From a virus, in IMG/VR virus record IMGVR_UViG_3300035698_019747, positions 1-64,000 of that record: a stretch of 64,000 bases of DNA, one strand, 5' to 3'. The translations under genes were made by a program, and so were the position numbers. The notes below the pieces were generated by a model that had not been told where the DNA came from, did not search any database, and worked only from the letters and a program-made list of their open reading frames with translations. Below, piece by piece: positions 28,502-38,004 of this stretch. The stretch's first letter is position 1, and each line of letters opens with the position of its first letter.

Positions 28502-29137
28502 TTAACTAGTACTATCAATGAATTTAATGTCTTTAATAGTTATCTTATCTGGTGTTTCGTAACTTTTGGAGCTACCTCTATGAGTATGTATAAAGTATCC
28601 CTCTCCATTTATCCCCATGTCAAATCCTGATGGTAAACCACCTTCCCTGATTTTCTTTTTTAAATCTTTATGTAGTTTTAGACCATATATAGCACCTTTT
28701 TTGGCTTCAGTATAATCACCAATATGTTCTAATGCAACTTCCTTTAGTTCTTTGGGTATTTTTCTAACATATTTAATATCATCCTTTATATTAGTAGACT
28801 TCCCAATTGACTTTCCAGTATTGTTAAACTTCTCAAAGGTCATAACAGATAAAGACTCATTAAGTGGGGTGTTTCTGAAAATCTCATCATATTTAATCTC
28901 ATAAAATATCTGCATTCTTTTACCTGATTGTAAATGGAGTTCAGTTTCTACTAATAAGTTATTATCTATTTTTCTATTTACCCTATCCATCGCACCATCT
29001 ATTCTTGAAAAGTCTTTCTCACTGATATTTTCTTCTTGCATTAATATATGTAATATACCATCTAGTAAATCTTTTCTAAGTGCTTCTTTATGTGATACCT
29101 TCTTTCCGAAAAAACTCGTATATGATAAATCTTTCAT
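28502..29137 (-). CDS. hypothetical protein
   Basis: 211 aa; internal NE...MTFEKF motif. Confidence 0.75.
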   Translation of the reverse strand: MKDLSYTSFFGKKVSHKEALRKDLLDGILHILMQEENISEKDFSRIDGAMDRVNRKIDNNLLVETELHLQSGKRMQIFYEIKYDEIFRNTPLNESLSVMTFEKFNNTGKSIGKSTNIKDDIKYVRKIPKELKEVALEHIGDYTEAKKGAIYGLKLHKDLKKKIREGGLPSGFDMGINGEGYFIHTHRGSSKSYETPDKITIKDIKFIDSTS

Positions 29138-29186
29138 TTTATTTAAATAATTTTAGGTTATATATATAAATTAACTACCTCTGTAT

Positions 29187-29834
29187 ATGAAAAATATAAA
29201 TATTATGAATCAGAAAAGGGGATCAGAAGTAATTTACGTGGATGGTAAAGGGTTTTTACCAAGTACTGACACACCCAAAAAACTTTTCACATTTGATGTA
29301 GAAAAGAAACAAATGGTTTGTGATTTTATTTTTGTTGAAAATATAAATAGTGCTGGACTGTATAAGACAAAGAACACCGAGAATATAATCAATAAATTAA
29401 AAAATGATGGATATACTAACGCTATCAGTATTAAAATCATTGATAAAAAAATAGAAAGATATAGTTTATCATTTTCTACTGATGACCATACATTTGATGT
29501 ATTAAAAGTAGAAAAATCAATATTTCATCCAAATGATAGTATTATTGGAAATATAAATGATATACCGAGTATTATATCAAGAATCGATGAATTATCAAAA
29601 GGGGATTATGGAAAGTGGGAAATAATATCATATATAAATAGTATCATATTTGATGACAAATTCACCACATTAGTAGTTGGTGGGCTTATAGGTTCTAAAC
29701 TATTAGAAAATGAGATAAAAAGGTTATCAGAGTTTAGAAATGAACAAATCATTGGTATGCGAAGCTTTATTAGTAAAGATAGTGCAGAAGCAGTAGCTAG
29801 AGAAATAAATACACAAAAAATAATATTACACTAA
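29187..29834 (+). CDS. hypothetical protein
   Basis: 215-aa ORF. Confidence 0.7.
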   Translation: MKNINIMNQKRGSEVIYVDGKGFLPSTDTPKKLFTFDVEKKQMVCDFIFVENINSAGLYKTKNTENIINKLKNDGYTNAISIKIIDKKIERYSLSFSTDDHTFDVLKVEKSIFHPNDSIIGNINDIPSIISRIDELSKGDYGKWEIISYINSIIFDDKFTTLVVGGLIGSKLLENEIKRLSEFRNEQIIGMRSFISKDSAEAVAREINTQKIILH

Positions 29835-29836
29835 CC

Positions 29837-30361
29837 TTAATTATTCCCACCTAAGTATTCCATTAGAGATATAGCATTTTTAATGGAATATTGGTAACTT
29901 TCTAATGTTTTTAGACACTCTCTAAGAAATTCAATATGTGCTTCTATTATCTCAGATTGTCTAACATTCTCTCTTAGATTACCATCTATCATTATTTTCT
30001 TGGCTCTATCACTTGTCAATTTTATAGACACCCCAATTGAATAAAATAAGTATTTCTCTTGTTCTAGGAAATTATTCTCTGATTTGACCTTAAATAAACT
30101 ATATGTATGTTTGGCTATACTCTCATTTATAGATTGTCTAAGGGATAGTGAACTTGCCTGAGCATCTATTAAGTCTTTTGATTTATTAGTTGCGAAATTC
30201 TTACTAAAAATCGCGTTAAATATAGGCTCTAGCCTAGTAGATATTTGATTACGGCTTTTTTCAAGAACTGTTTCTCTTTTATCGTTAAGCAATTCCATTT
30301 GTTCAATTCTTTCTATTTCTTCTTTTGGGTACATTTGATTCCAAAGATTTTTATCCATCAT
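29837..30361 (-). CDS. helical protein, possibly UvsY-like recombination mediator
   Basis: KYLFYS, IDG.L, EFL...LK.L....YSIKNAI pattern. Confidence 0.5.
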   Translation of the reverse strand: MMDKNLWNQMYPKEEIERIEQMELLNDKRETVLEKSRNQISTRLEPIFNAIFSKNFATNKSKDLIDAQASSLSLRQSINESIAKHTYSLFKVKSENNFLEQEKYLFYSIGVSIKLTSDRAKKIMIDGNLRENVRQSEIIEAHIEFLRECLKTLESYQYSIKNAISLMEYLGGNN

Positions 30362-30873
30362 AGGTGTTTAATTACGTCTTTTTTTAATATATCTATTCCA
30401 GTATTAATATCATATTCTATATATTCTATATTAAAGTGTTCTAAATGTTTAATTATATTTTTATCAACTAAAATAGCATCTTCTTCACTCTGTGCCCTTC
30501 CATTAACATCATATATAGTGCTTCGGTTAATAATGATATTAATATTAGTAAATTTATTATGTTCCTCAATAACTAATTTATAAAAAGTGTCTTGAAAACT
30601 ATAACCACCGTATATTGGACTCAATATTAAAGGTGAATCACATACTAAAACATCAACTTTATCATTTACAATAAACATTTTATGATGTTGTTTACCAAAT
30701 ACATATAATTGGTTATTTAAAACATTAGTAGACCCTTCCCAAGTTTTATCCTTAGCATATTCTGTTATATATTCACAGCTAATACGCTCTTTTCTAAGAG
30801 CAACAAAAAGTTCAGCAGCTATGGTGCTTTTACCCACACCAGGGCCACCGAAAAGGTTAATAATTACTGACAT
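30358..30873 (-). CDS. P-loop kinase (NadR/AAA_28-like)
   Basis: GGPGVGKST, EYAK, DSP, GRAQ. Confidence 0.8.
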   Translation of the reverse strand: MSVIINLFGGPGVGKSTIAAELFVALRKERISCEYITEYAKDKTWEGSTNVLNNQLYVFGKQHHKMFIVNDKVDVLVCDSPLILSPIYGGYSFQDTFYKLVIEEHNKFTNINIIINRSTIYDVNGRAQSEEDAILVDKNIIKHLEHFNIEYIEYDINTGIDILKKDVIKHL

Positions 30874-30990
30874 ATTTATTCTTTTTAAATTATATTTAAT
30901 TATTACCCAAAAGTTTAAATACTAATGGGGATGTTCGTGGGAAGCAGTTAGATATGAAGATACAACAGACAGTGCAACCAAATAATATTA

Positions 30991-31647
30991 CTAGTATGGC
31001 TTAATTGAAACTATTGCCTCATATGGTATTGGCTCATATGTCATTAAACAATCAAGCCTATCCATATTAAAATCTATCCACCACTTATTATTTATTTTTG
31101 ATGTATCTATTTTTAACATTAAATTATTATATTTGTGGAATGGGTTATAATCAGTTACCACAAATATACTAGGGGGGTAAATCAAATCTATAATATCCTT
31201 ATAATTGCCCATATTATGATGTTTAAGAATTATACCGTCCTTCTTTATATTATCTATATTCTCTTTTGATGTACTATGATATACAAATCTAGGGACATTG
31301 GCTCTACTACCTTTAGCATCTTTAACTATTAAAACTAATTTACTATATGGTGCAACACACACATAACCCAATAAATACCCAGATTTCAATAAGTGTATAG
31401 CCTGACTATCTAAATATTTAAATATCTTATTTACATGGGTTCCTTTAACCTCTTGTTCGTTAATATTAAGTGTTATAAGAGATTTATAATGTTTAGTTGA
31501 GTCTTTATGAGTAGATAAAAAGGGGGTTATCTTACTATTGATAACTAAGCCACGATGTTTACTTTCAATATAATTTATTATTTTATTAATAATAAATACG
31601 GTATTTTTTTCATTCTTAACTAGTTCAAACAATTTTATATACTTCAT
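30991..31647 (-). CDS. putative ADP-ribosyltransferase/Tpt1-like fold protein, paralog 1
   Basis: YHST...N...IKKDG, IF, KIDT, IPYEAI; N-terminal MKYIKLFE. Confidence 0.55.
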   Translation of the reverse strand: MKYIKLFELVKNEKNTVFIINKIINYIESKHRGLVINSKITPFLSTHKDSTKHYKSLITLNINEQEVKGTHVNKIFKYLDSQAIHLLKSGYLLGYVCVAPYSKLVLIVKDAKGSRANVPRFVYHSTSKENIDNIKKDGIILKHHNMGNYKDIIDLIYPPSIFVVTDYNPFHKYNNLMLKIDTSKINNKWWIDFNMDRLDCLMTYEPIPYEAIVSIKPY

Positions 31648-32312
31648 GTGTTAATTTCATTTTGCTGGAATGGTTTTATAGCCTCAGGTGGTATTGCTTC
31701 AAATGTCATTATATGATAAAAGTTCTCAGTATTCAAATCTATCCACCATTTGTTATTAATTTTATGTGTATCTATTTCAAGTATTAGTTCAATACCAAAA
31801 GTCTTATATGAGTCTGTTGCTGCAAATATGCTAGGAACGTATATTAAATCTGTTTGGTCACTATAATTCCCATCTTTTATGGATTTTAACACTAACCCAT
31901 CTTTTTTAATTGATTCTAAATTAGATAAAGCTGTTGCATGGTAAACAAATCTAGGGGGTTTAATTCTTAAACTTGTTATATCCTTAATAACTATTTCAAA
32001 ACGACTATTAGAACCTTTATTATTACTATATCCTAATAAGAGACCAGATTTAAATAAATATATAGCTTGGTTGTCTATATACTTAATCATTTTTTTAAAT
32101 CTAGCTTCAAACCCCAAATTTATAATATCAAATTTATAGCTTTGTGATAAATTAATGTACCTATATAAATGTAATTTAGAACGTTGATTATATGGGTTTT
32201 CACTTATAATTATATCACTAAAATTCTCCCTTATATATTTTATTATTTTATTAAATATATATAGCGTATTTTTTTCATTCTTAACTAATTCAAATAATTT
32301 TATATACTTCAT
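31644..32312 (-). CDS. putative ADP-ribosyltransferase/Tpt1-like fold protein, paralog 2
   Basis: YHAT...NLESIKKDGL, IPPEAI; first 16 aa identical to paralog 1. Confidence 0.55.
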   Translation of the reverse strand: MKYIKLFELVKNEKNTLYIFNKIIKYIRENFSDIIISENPYNQRSKLHLYRYINLSQSYKFDIINLGFEARFKKMIKYIDNQAIYLFKSGLLLGYSNNKGSNSRFEIVIKDITSLRIKPPRFVYHATALSNLESIKKDGLVLKSIKDGNYSDQTDLIYVPSIFAATDSYKTFGIELILEIDTHKINNKWWIDLNTENFYHIMTFEAIPPEAIKPFQQNEINT

Positions 32313-32313
32313 G

Positions 32314-33033
32314 TTATATCATCCCATCACTTTTTAATGCACTATATAATTGCTCTAAATCTTCACAATCAGAATAATCAATTTTATATTTATTTTTCAT
32401 TTTTTTAATAAGTCCCTTTATATCTCCGTGAGTTTTAAGAAGGTTTTTAAATTCCTCATCATTTTTCCATGGCATATCATCAGTTACTTCATTTCTAGCC
32501 AACCTATTTATTTCATAGTGCTGCATTCCTTCTTTAATACCCTCTATCCATTCCATTTTAGTTGTATATAATATACCATCTATTGATACAGTTATAATAC
32601 CATTTGTATCAATATCTACTGGTAAGTAACCCACACCTCTTTTGTGTTCTGGATAATCTTGAATATATTTAAAAAATAATTCCTTTCCATCCTTTATAAA
32701 TTCAATTACTTGATTTTGTTCAAAAGATTCTTTTATGAAACTATTTGGGAGGATATTTATCTTATATTTTTTTGCTAATGCGATTAAGAATGGTAATATT
32801 AAGGTAGATCCAGGTAGTATAATTATACTAGTTAATCCAAGCATTTTAAGTAGACTTAAAGTTTGTTTTTTCACAAAATCCCCTTCTTCTTCTGTTATAC
32901 TCTTTTTATCAGTAACATATCTAGCAAGTATCTTCCTAAGTTTAGTATTCTGAGAAATCTCTTCTTTTAATTTACTTAGGAAAATAACCGCACTTTTATT
33001 AAAGTTATCAAATTTCTTAATATACTTCTTCAT
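32314..33033 (-). CDS. protein with LETM1-like segment
   Basis: ILPGSTLILPFLIALAKKYKINILPNSF; N-terminal YIKKFDNF. Confidence 0.5.
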   Translation of the reverse strand: MKKYIKKFDNFNKSAVIFLSKLKEEISQNTKLRKILARYVTDKKSITEEEGDFVKKQTLSLLKMLGLTSIIILPGSTLILPFLIALAKKYKINILPNSFIKESFEQNQVIEFIKDGKELFFKYIQDYPEHKRGVGYLPVDIDTNGIITVSIDGILYTTKMEWIEGIKEGMQHYEINRLARNEVTDDMPWKNDEEFKNLLKTHGDIKGLIKKMKNKYKIDYSDCEDLEQLYSALKSDGMI

Positions 33034-33035
33034 AA

Positions 33036-33455
33036 TTATTTAGCTTCATTAAATATAACAACCTCACCATTAGCTAATAAACGAACAAAATCTTCTACCA
33101 TATAGCTATTATAAAAATATACATGAGAATCATCTTTTTCAATGAATCCACCTTTATCTGATGTATCATAATTACAAAGTATACCTGGTGCTTCTGTTAG
33201 ACCAAATCCAACATTTCCCAAATTTTCAACATAATCATAGCAACTATTTGCTTGAATATCTTCAAATAATTCCATAAAAATGCCCTCTGCATTTTCCTCA
33301 CCTTCTGGTAACATGTCTTTAACCTCTTCCAATTTACTTGGGTGAACAGATAGTCTTAATTCATCACCTGTTATTTCAAGTTTTAAATATTGACCATTTT
33401 CCTCACCTGTAAAGTGAAAATATTCAAATAATTTAACATATTTCATTTTTTTCAT
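33036..33455 (-). CDS. hypothetical protein, putative internal virion protein
   Basis: MKYVKLFEYF. Confidence 0.7.
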   Translation of the reverse strand: MKKMKYVKLFEYFHFTGEENGQYLKLEITGDELRLSVHPSKLEEVKDMLPEGEENAEGIFMELFEDIQANSCYDYVENLGNVGFGLTEAPGILCNYDTSDKGGFIEKDDSHVYFYNSYMVEDFVRLLANGEVVIFNEAK

Positions 33456-33507
33456 GTTGGTATATCATTTTCTTTTATATATTAAATAAAAATGTTACAT
33501 TTGTAGA

Positions 33508-34632
33508 ATGAAATATATTAGAAACAGAACCGATATGAATAAAATAGTTATACCAAGTGATGTATTGACATTAAATGATATATTTAATAGAAATGGGCAT
33601 AAGCTATATGTTGTTGGTGGGGCAATTAGAGACTTCATAAAGGGTGATAAACCTAAAGATTATGACCTATGTACTGATGCAGTGCCCGATAGGATAATGG
33701 AAATACTTAAGGATAAATATAAATTCCAATTACAAGGCGAGAGTTTTGGTGTTGTGGTTGTTTACACAGATGAAACACCTGAAGGAATGGAAATTGCCAC
33801 ATTTAGAGAAGATATAACTAAGGGACGCAATCCTGAGGTTAGATTTGGTAATGTAACTATTGAACAAGATGTTAAACGAAGAGACATCACGTTTAATGGT
33901 CTATTTTATGACATTGAGAGTAAAGAGATAATTGATCTAGTTGGTGGCAAGGAAGATCTCTTAAACAAGGTTGTTAGAATGATTGGGAATCCTATGGAAA
34001 GAATTGCTGAAGATCCTCTTAGAATATTTCGTGTGTTTAGATTTGCTACAAGATATGGTAGTATAATTGATAAAGTAACTAAAAATGCTATTCATAAACA
34101 CAATGATATTTCATCTGTTTCTATGGAACGTATTTGGGATACTGAAAATGGGGAGTTTATGAAGAGTTTTAAACAAGCTAAAAACTTCCAACAATACTTG
34201 GACTTATTATCCGAGTTTAATTTATGGGATCAAATATTGCCTGATATGCATGTAAACACAAAAATATCTAATTCAGATAATATTGAGCTAGTTCTTGCAC
34301 AAATGTTTTTGTCAGAGTCAGTTGAAAATATAAACAATCTTCCTATAAGCAGTAAGATTTTAGGAAAAGTTACATTCTTGATTTCTTTATTGAATTTCAG
34401 TTCTGATGACCTGTTAGGTTTTTATAAAACTAGAAAACGCACTGATACTGATAATAAAACCATTAGTACTTGGTTAAATTTAAACAATATATCTGGATTA
34501 GCACGTAAATTTATTAACTTCAAACCTTCTATTAATTCATCTAAAGTTATGAGTGATTTCAACTTAACCCCAAGCAAAGAATTGGGAGATAAAATCAAAG
34601 AATTAGAAATAAATAAGTTTTTAAATAGTTAA
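33508..34632 (+). CDS. cca: class II tRNA nucleotidyltransferase (CCA-adding enzyme)
   Basis: VGGAIRD, DYD, EIATFR, RRDITFN, EDPLRIFR.FRF, SMERI. Confidence 0.88.
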   Translation: MKYIRNRTDMNKIVIPSDVLTLNDIFNRNGHKLYVVGGAIRDFIKGDKPKDYDLCTDAVPDRIMEILKDKYKFQLQGESFGVVVVYTDETPEGMEIATFREDITKGRNPEVRFGNVTIEQDVKRRDITFNGLFYDIESKEIIDLVGGKEDLLNKVVRMIGNPMERIAEDPLRIFRVFRFATRYGSIIDKVTKNAIHKHNDISSVSMERIWDTENGEFMKSFKQAKNFQQYLDLLSEFNLWDQILPDMHVNTKISNSDNIELVLAQMFLSESVENINNLPISSKILGKVTFLISLLNFSSDDLLGFYKTRKRTDTDNKTISTWLNLNNISGLARKFINFKPSINSSKVMSDFNLTPSKELGDKIKELEINKFLNS

Positions 34633-34681
34633 GTGAAGATACAAGATTATGGTCATATTACTAACTTAAAATATTGAATAT

Positions 34682-35245
34682 ATGAATTTACAAGAAAGAT
34701 TTATTATGACTGCTATACGTACTAATAATATTGAGAAAGTAAAAAAGTTACTACTATCGGGCTTTGATCCAAGTGTTGATGATAACTATAGTATTGTAGC
34801 CGCATCTGAACATGGACATATTGAGATAGTTAAATTATTATTACAAGATGATAGAGTTGGTTCTAGTAATGATAATCTTAGTATAAGATTCGCATCTATT
34901 AATGGACATATTGAGATACTTAACCTATTATTACAAGATAATAGGTTTGATCCAAGTGATAGAAGTAATTATGCTATTAGATTGTCAGCTTATAACGGTC
35001 AGACCATGGCAGTTAAACTTTTATTAAAAGATAAAAGAGTTAACCCTAGTGATTGTGGTAATCAAGCTATTATATCAGCATCTAGTTATGGACACCTAGA
35101 GGTAGTTAACCTGTTATTAACAGATAAACGTATAGATATTCATAAACTACTTCAACAAGATATTACTAATAAATTAAGAGAAGAAATAGATGAATACATA
35201 GTTAAACAAAGGCAGATAAATATTGATAAAACATTAGATAAATAA
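34682..35245 (+). CDS. ankyrin-repeat protein
   Basis: Repeated AS.NGH.EIV.LLL.D.R.DPS units; C-terminal RQINIDKTL. Confidence 0.88.
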   Translation: MNLQERFIMTAIRTNNIEKVKKLLLSGFDPSVDDNYSIVAASEHGHIEIVKLLLQDDRVGSSNDNLSIRFASINGHIEILNLLLQDNRFDPSDRSNYAIRLSAYNGQTMAVKLLLKDKRVNPSDCGNQAIISASSYGHLEVVNLLLTDKRIDIHKLLQQDITNKLREEIDEYIVKQRQINIDKTLDK

Positions 35246-35251
35246 ATAAAT

Positions 35252-35917
35252 ATGAAAAGAGGAATAATGTATCTTGATATAGAAACAAGAGGAAAATACC
35301 CAGATTATGGGACTTATTGTATAGAAGATGAAAGAGGCGCAATCCTTTTTAAACAAAAATATGAGAAAACCTTCATCAATGAATATACAACTGTTGAGGA
35401 AGCATATATATCTTTATGTGGATTATTATCTACATATGGGGAAATATGCTGTATCACATTAGGTTTCAGAACAAAAGATGGTTCATTTAATATTAAGTCA
35501 CTATACTCTTATGATGAGGTTGAATTAATCAAAGATTTTAGTGAAACTATTAAAAAAATAGATGATAGTGGGTTTAGTTTAGCTGGGTTTGGGTTATCCA
35601 GATTTGATATACCATGGATAAATAAAAAGTTAATAAAAAATAATATTGAAATACCCCCAATGCTTTCCACATACAATAAGAAGCCATGGGAATATAGTTT
35701 TATAGAGCTTTCCGATATATGGAAATCAGGTAGTTATTATAGTGGAACATTAGATGAAGCTTGCTATGAACTAGGCATAGATTCCCCCAAGAGTGATTTA
35801 TCTGGAAAAGATGTACATAAACACTTTTGGGATAATAAACTAGATGATATTGTCACTTATTGTGAAAAAGATGTATTAGCGACTATTTTATTAGGGGAAA
35901 GATTGCTCAACCCGTAA
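35252..35917 (+). CDS. 3'-5' exonuclease (PolB-type DEDDy)
   Basis: LDIET, FDIPWI, YCEKDV. Confidence 0.85.
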   Translation: MKRGIMYLDIETRGKYPDYGTYCIEDERGAILFKQKYEKTFINEYTTVEEAYISLCGLLSTYGEICCITLGFRTKDGSFNIKSLYSYDEVELIKDFSETIKKIDDSGFSLAGFGLSRFDIPWINKKLIKNNIEIPPMLSTYNKKPWEYSFIELSDIWKSGSYYSGTLDEACYELGIDSPKSDLSGKDVHKHFWDNKLDDIVTYCEKDVLATILLGERLLNP

Positions 35918-35971
35918 ATTTTCATATATTTGCCAAGTATAAATTTATATATACTAAAAAATTAGATAAAT

Positions 35972-36676
35972 ATGGAATATAGAGTAGAATATTTGAAAGA
36001 TATATTAAATAATAACTACATTGGGATTAAGTTTCACTACGGCATTGTGATTAAATACCTTAATACTTTAAAGGATATTGTGGACGAGGACTTATATGAA
36101 GAGTTAATCGATAATCAACGAAAGCGTGATAAGCGTTCCACATATACACACCACATGACACTTTTAAGTGTGGGTGAATTTAATAAACTATCAGGTATTT
36201 GGGGGTCTAAATTTATAGATATGATGGAATCCATATTTTCTATGGACATAACAGATTTGAATATAAAGGGTTTAGGTACAGCTACTAGAAATGGTAATAT
36301 TACTTACTTTGTGGTATTGAAATCTGATACATTAGATCAGGCACGGAAGACTTTTGAATTACCCCCTAAAGATTTCCACATAACATTGGGATTTGAAAAG
36401 AAAGATGTATTTGGTGTACGTAAAAACCAAGTGATTAAAACTGTACCTAAATTACAGAGCCTTATCAATAGCTTGACAGAGGAAAAGGGGGATTTAAGTT
36501 GGATATATAGTATCAGCAATTTAAGCCCAGAGTTAAAAAAGATACCTATTGATCAAATAGAATTTGAAAAAAATAGTGTTAGTGAATTTACTGGATATTT
36601 CTCAATTGGACGGTATATGATAGGTATATCTATAATAGAAGATCAATTGAGAATATCAAACTTATACGAAAAATAA
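35972..36676 (+). CDS. 2H phosphoesterase family protein
   Basis: HHMTLL and DFHITLGF. Confidence 0.72.
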   Translation: MEYRVEYLKDILNNNYIGIKFHYGIVIKYLNTLKDIVDEDLYEELIDNQRKRDKRSTYTHHMTLLSVGEFNKLSGIWGSKFIDMMESIFSMDITDLNIKGLGTATRNGNITYFVVLKSDTLDQARKTFELPPKDFHITLGFEKKDVFGVRKNQVIKTVPKLQSLINSLTEEKGDLSWIYSISNLSPELKKIPIDQIEFEKNSVSEFTGYFSIGRYMIGISIIEDQLRISNLYEK

Positions 36677-36686
36677 AAAATTATAC

Positions 36687-36959
36687 ATGAAGAGAAGTTT
36701 CTATTACCTAGAAAGTGAAAAAACCATTGAGGATATATTAGTATATGTCCAAGAATATGAAGATGAGGGTTTAATACAACATTATATAGATTACTCAAAC
36801 TGTATTATAGTAATCAATGACCTAGAAATTGAAGATATAGAAGATTTATATGATCTTCTTGATATAGATGGACTAATTGAAGATTTCGATTATGAAGATG
36901 ATATAGATGATCATAGTTTTGATGATTTCCATAATGATGATGATGATGATGATTTATAA
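36687..36959 (+). CDS. highly acidic small protein
   Basis: 90 aa, Asp/Glu-rich. Confidence 0.7.
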   Translation: MKRSFYYLESEKTIEDILVYVQEYEDEGLIQHYIDYSNCIIVINDLEIEDIEDLYDLLDIDGLIEDFDYEDDIDDHSFDDFHNDDDDDDL

Positions 36960-36968
36960 TATTATGTT

Positions 36969-37148
36969 ATGAGTAGAAAAATAATAAATTTAGAAAAAAT
37001 TTTTGATGCTGATTTAAATGAACATGTGATATGTATTTGTAGTTCAAATGACAATTCTGTTCTTAAAAGGTATGAAACCGTTCAAGAAGCAAGTGATAAA
37101 TTCGAAGAGTTAAAAGATTGTTTAGGACGTAAAATGTTTGAATTATGA
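36969..37148 (+). CDS. small hypothetical protein (59 aa, not in ORF track)
   Basis: ATGA-coupled to the next gene; shares Y.T..E...K..EL with it. Confidence 0.6.
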   Translation: MSRKIINLEKIFDADLNEHVICICSSNDNSVLKRYETVQEASDKFEELKDCLGRKMFEL

Positions 37149-37351
37149 TAAAGGGAGTATTTTTTAAAGACATATCCGCGATATCATGTGGCAGGGGAAC
37201 TAATAGTAAAAAACCAACTATTATAATAACACACATATCTAATAACTCACAAACAGTAATTGAATATAATACAACAGAAGAAATGATGTCTAAGTATAAT
37301 GAATTATTAGATCGTGGTGGTGGGATGGATATGATGATAGAAAAAGAATAA
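37145..37351 (+). CDS. small hypothetical protein
   Basis: 68-aa ORF. Confidence 0.6.
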   Translation: MIKGVFFKDISAISCGRGTNSKKPTIIITHISNNSQTVIEYNTTEEMMSKYNELLDRGGGMDMMIEKE

Positions 37352-37408
37352 ATAAACTCTTAATTTTTAAACTTTTAATATAAATAATACTATAATAAGA
37401 AAAAAGCT

Positions 37409-37984
37409 ATGGGAAAAAAATTAGAAGTTTATTCTGAATTATTAGATCAAGATGATTTATACGAATTAATAAAGAAATATGCAGAAATAAATGAGGAACA
37501 GGTTCGTCTAAAAAGTGATTCAGACAAAATCAAAAGTGATTTAAGGATAATTGGTAAAGATGAATACTTAGCAGAATATGAGATTAGTGGTAACAATCCT
37601 AATAGCATTATAATAAAGGCACTTTCATCTGAAGGAAATATAGCAGAGTTTTTATTTGTACCAAATGATAAATATCTATCAATTACGGATAAAGAAGAAT
37701 ATGAAAATATATTAAATATATATGGGGATGAATCCATTGATAAAATATCAATTAGTACACTAAACCCAATCATATTAAAGAAGTATCAAAATCAAATAGT
37801 TAACTTATTAAAGAATGCTGATTTCTTAGAAGAACACGAACATGAAGATATTTTAAAAAAAAGTGAAACTTACTCAATAAAAAAAGGTACAATAAATAGA
37901 CTAAATGAATATGAATCAATAACAGAAGCATATAGAGATTTGCGTGTTATTGATAGTATTAAAAGTGCAAAGGTTTTTAAATAA
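37409..37984 (+). CDS. hypothetical protein
   Basis: 191-aa ORF. Confidence 0.75.
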   Translation: MGKKLEVYSELLDQDDLYELIKKYAEINEEQVRLKSDSDKIKSDLRIIGKDEYLAEYEISGNNPNSIIIKALSSEGNIAEFLFVPNDKYLSITDKEEYENILNIYGDESIDKISISTLNPIILKKYQNQIVNLLKNADFLEEHEHEDILKKSETYSIKKGTINRLNEYESITEAYRDLRVIDSIKSAKVFK

Positions 37985-38004
37985 TTAAACACAAATATAT
38001 ATAT

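Noticed and set aside
30920-30985. Relatively GC-rich intergenic stretch as an ncRNA
   Set aside because: No convincing stem-loops or known motif; could be a gene remnant.
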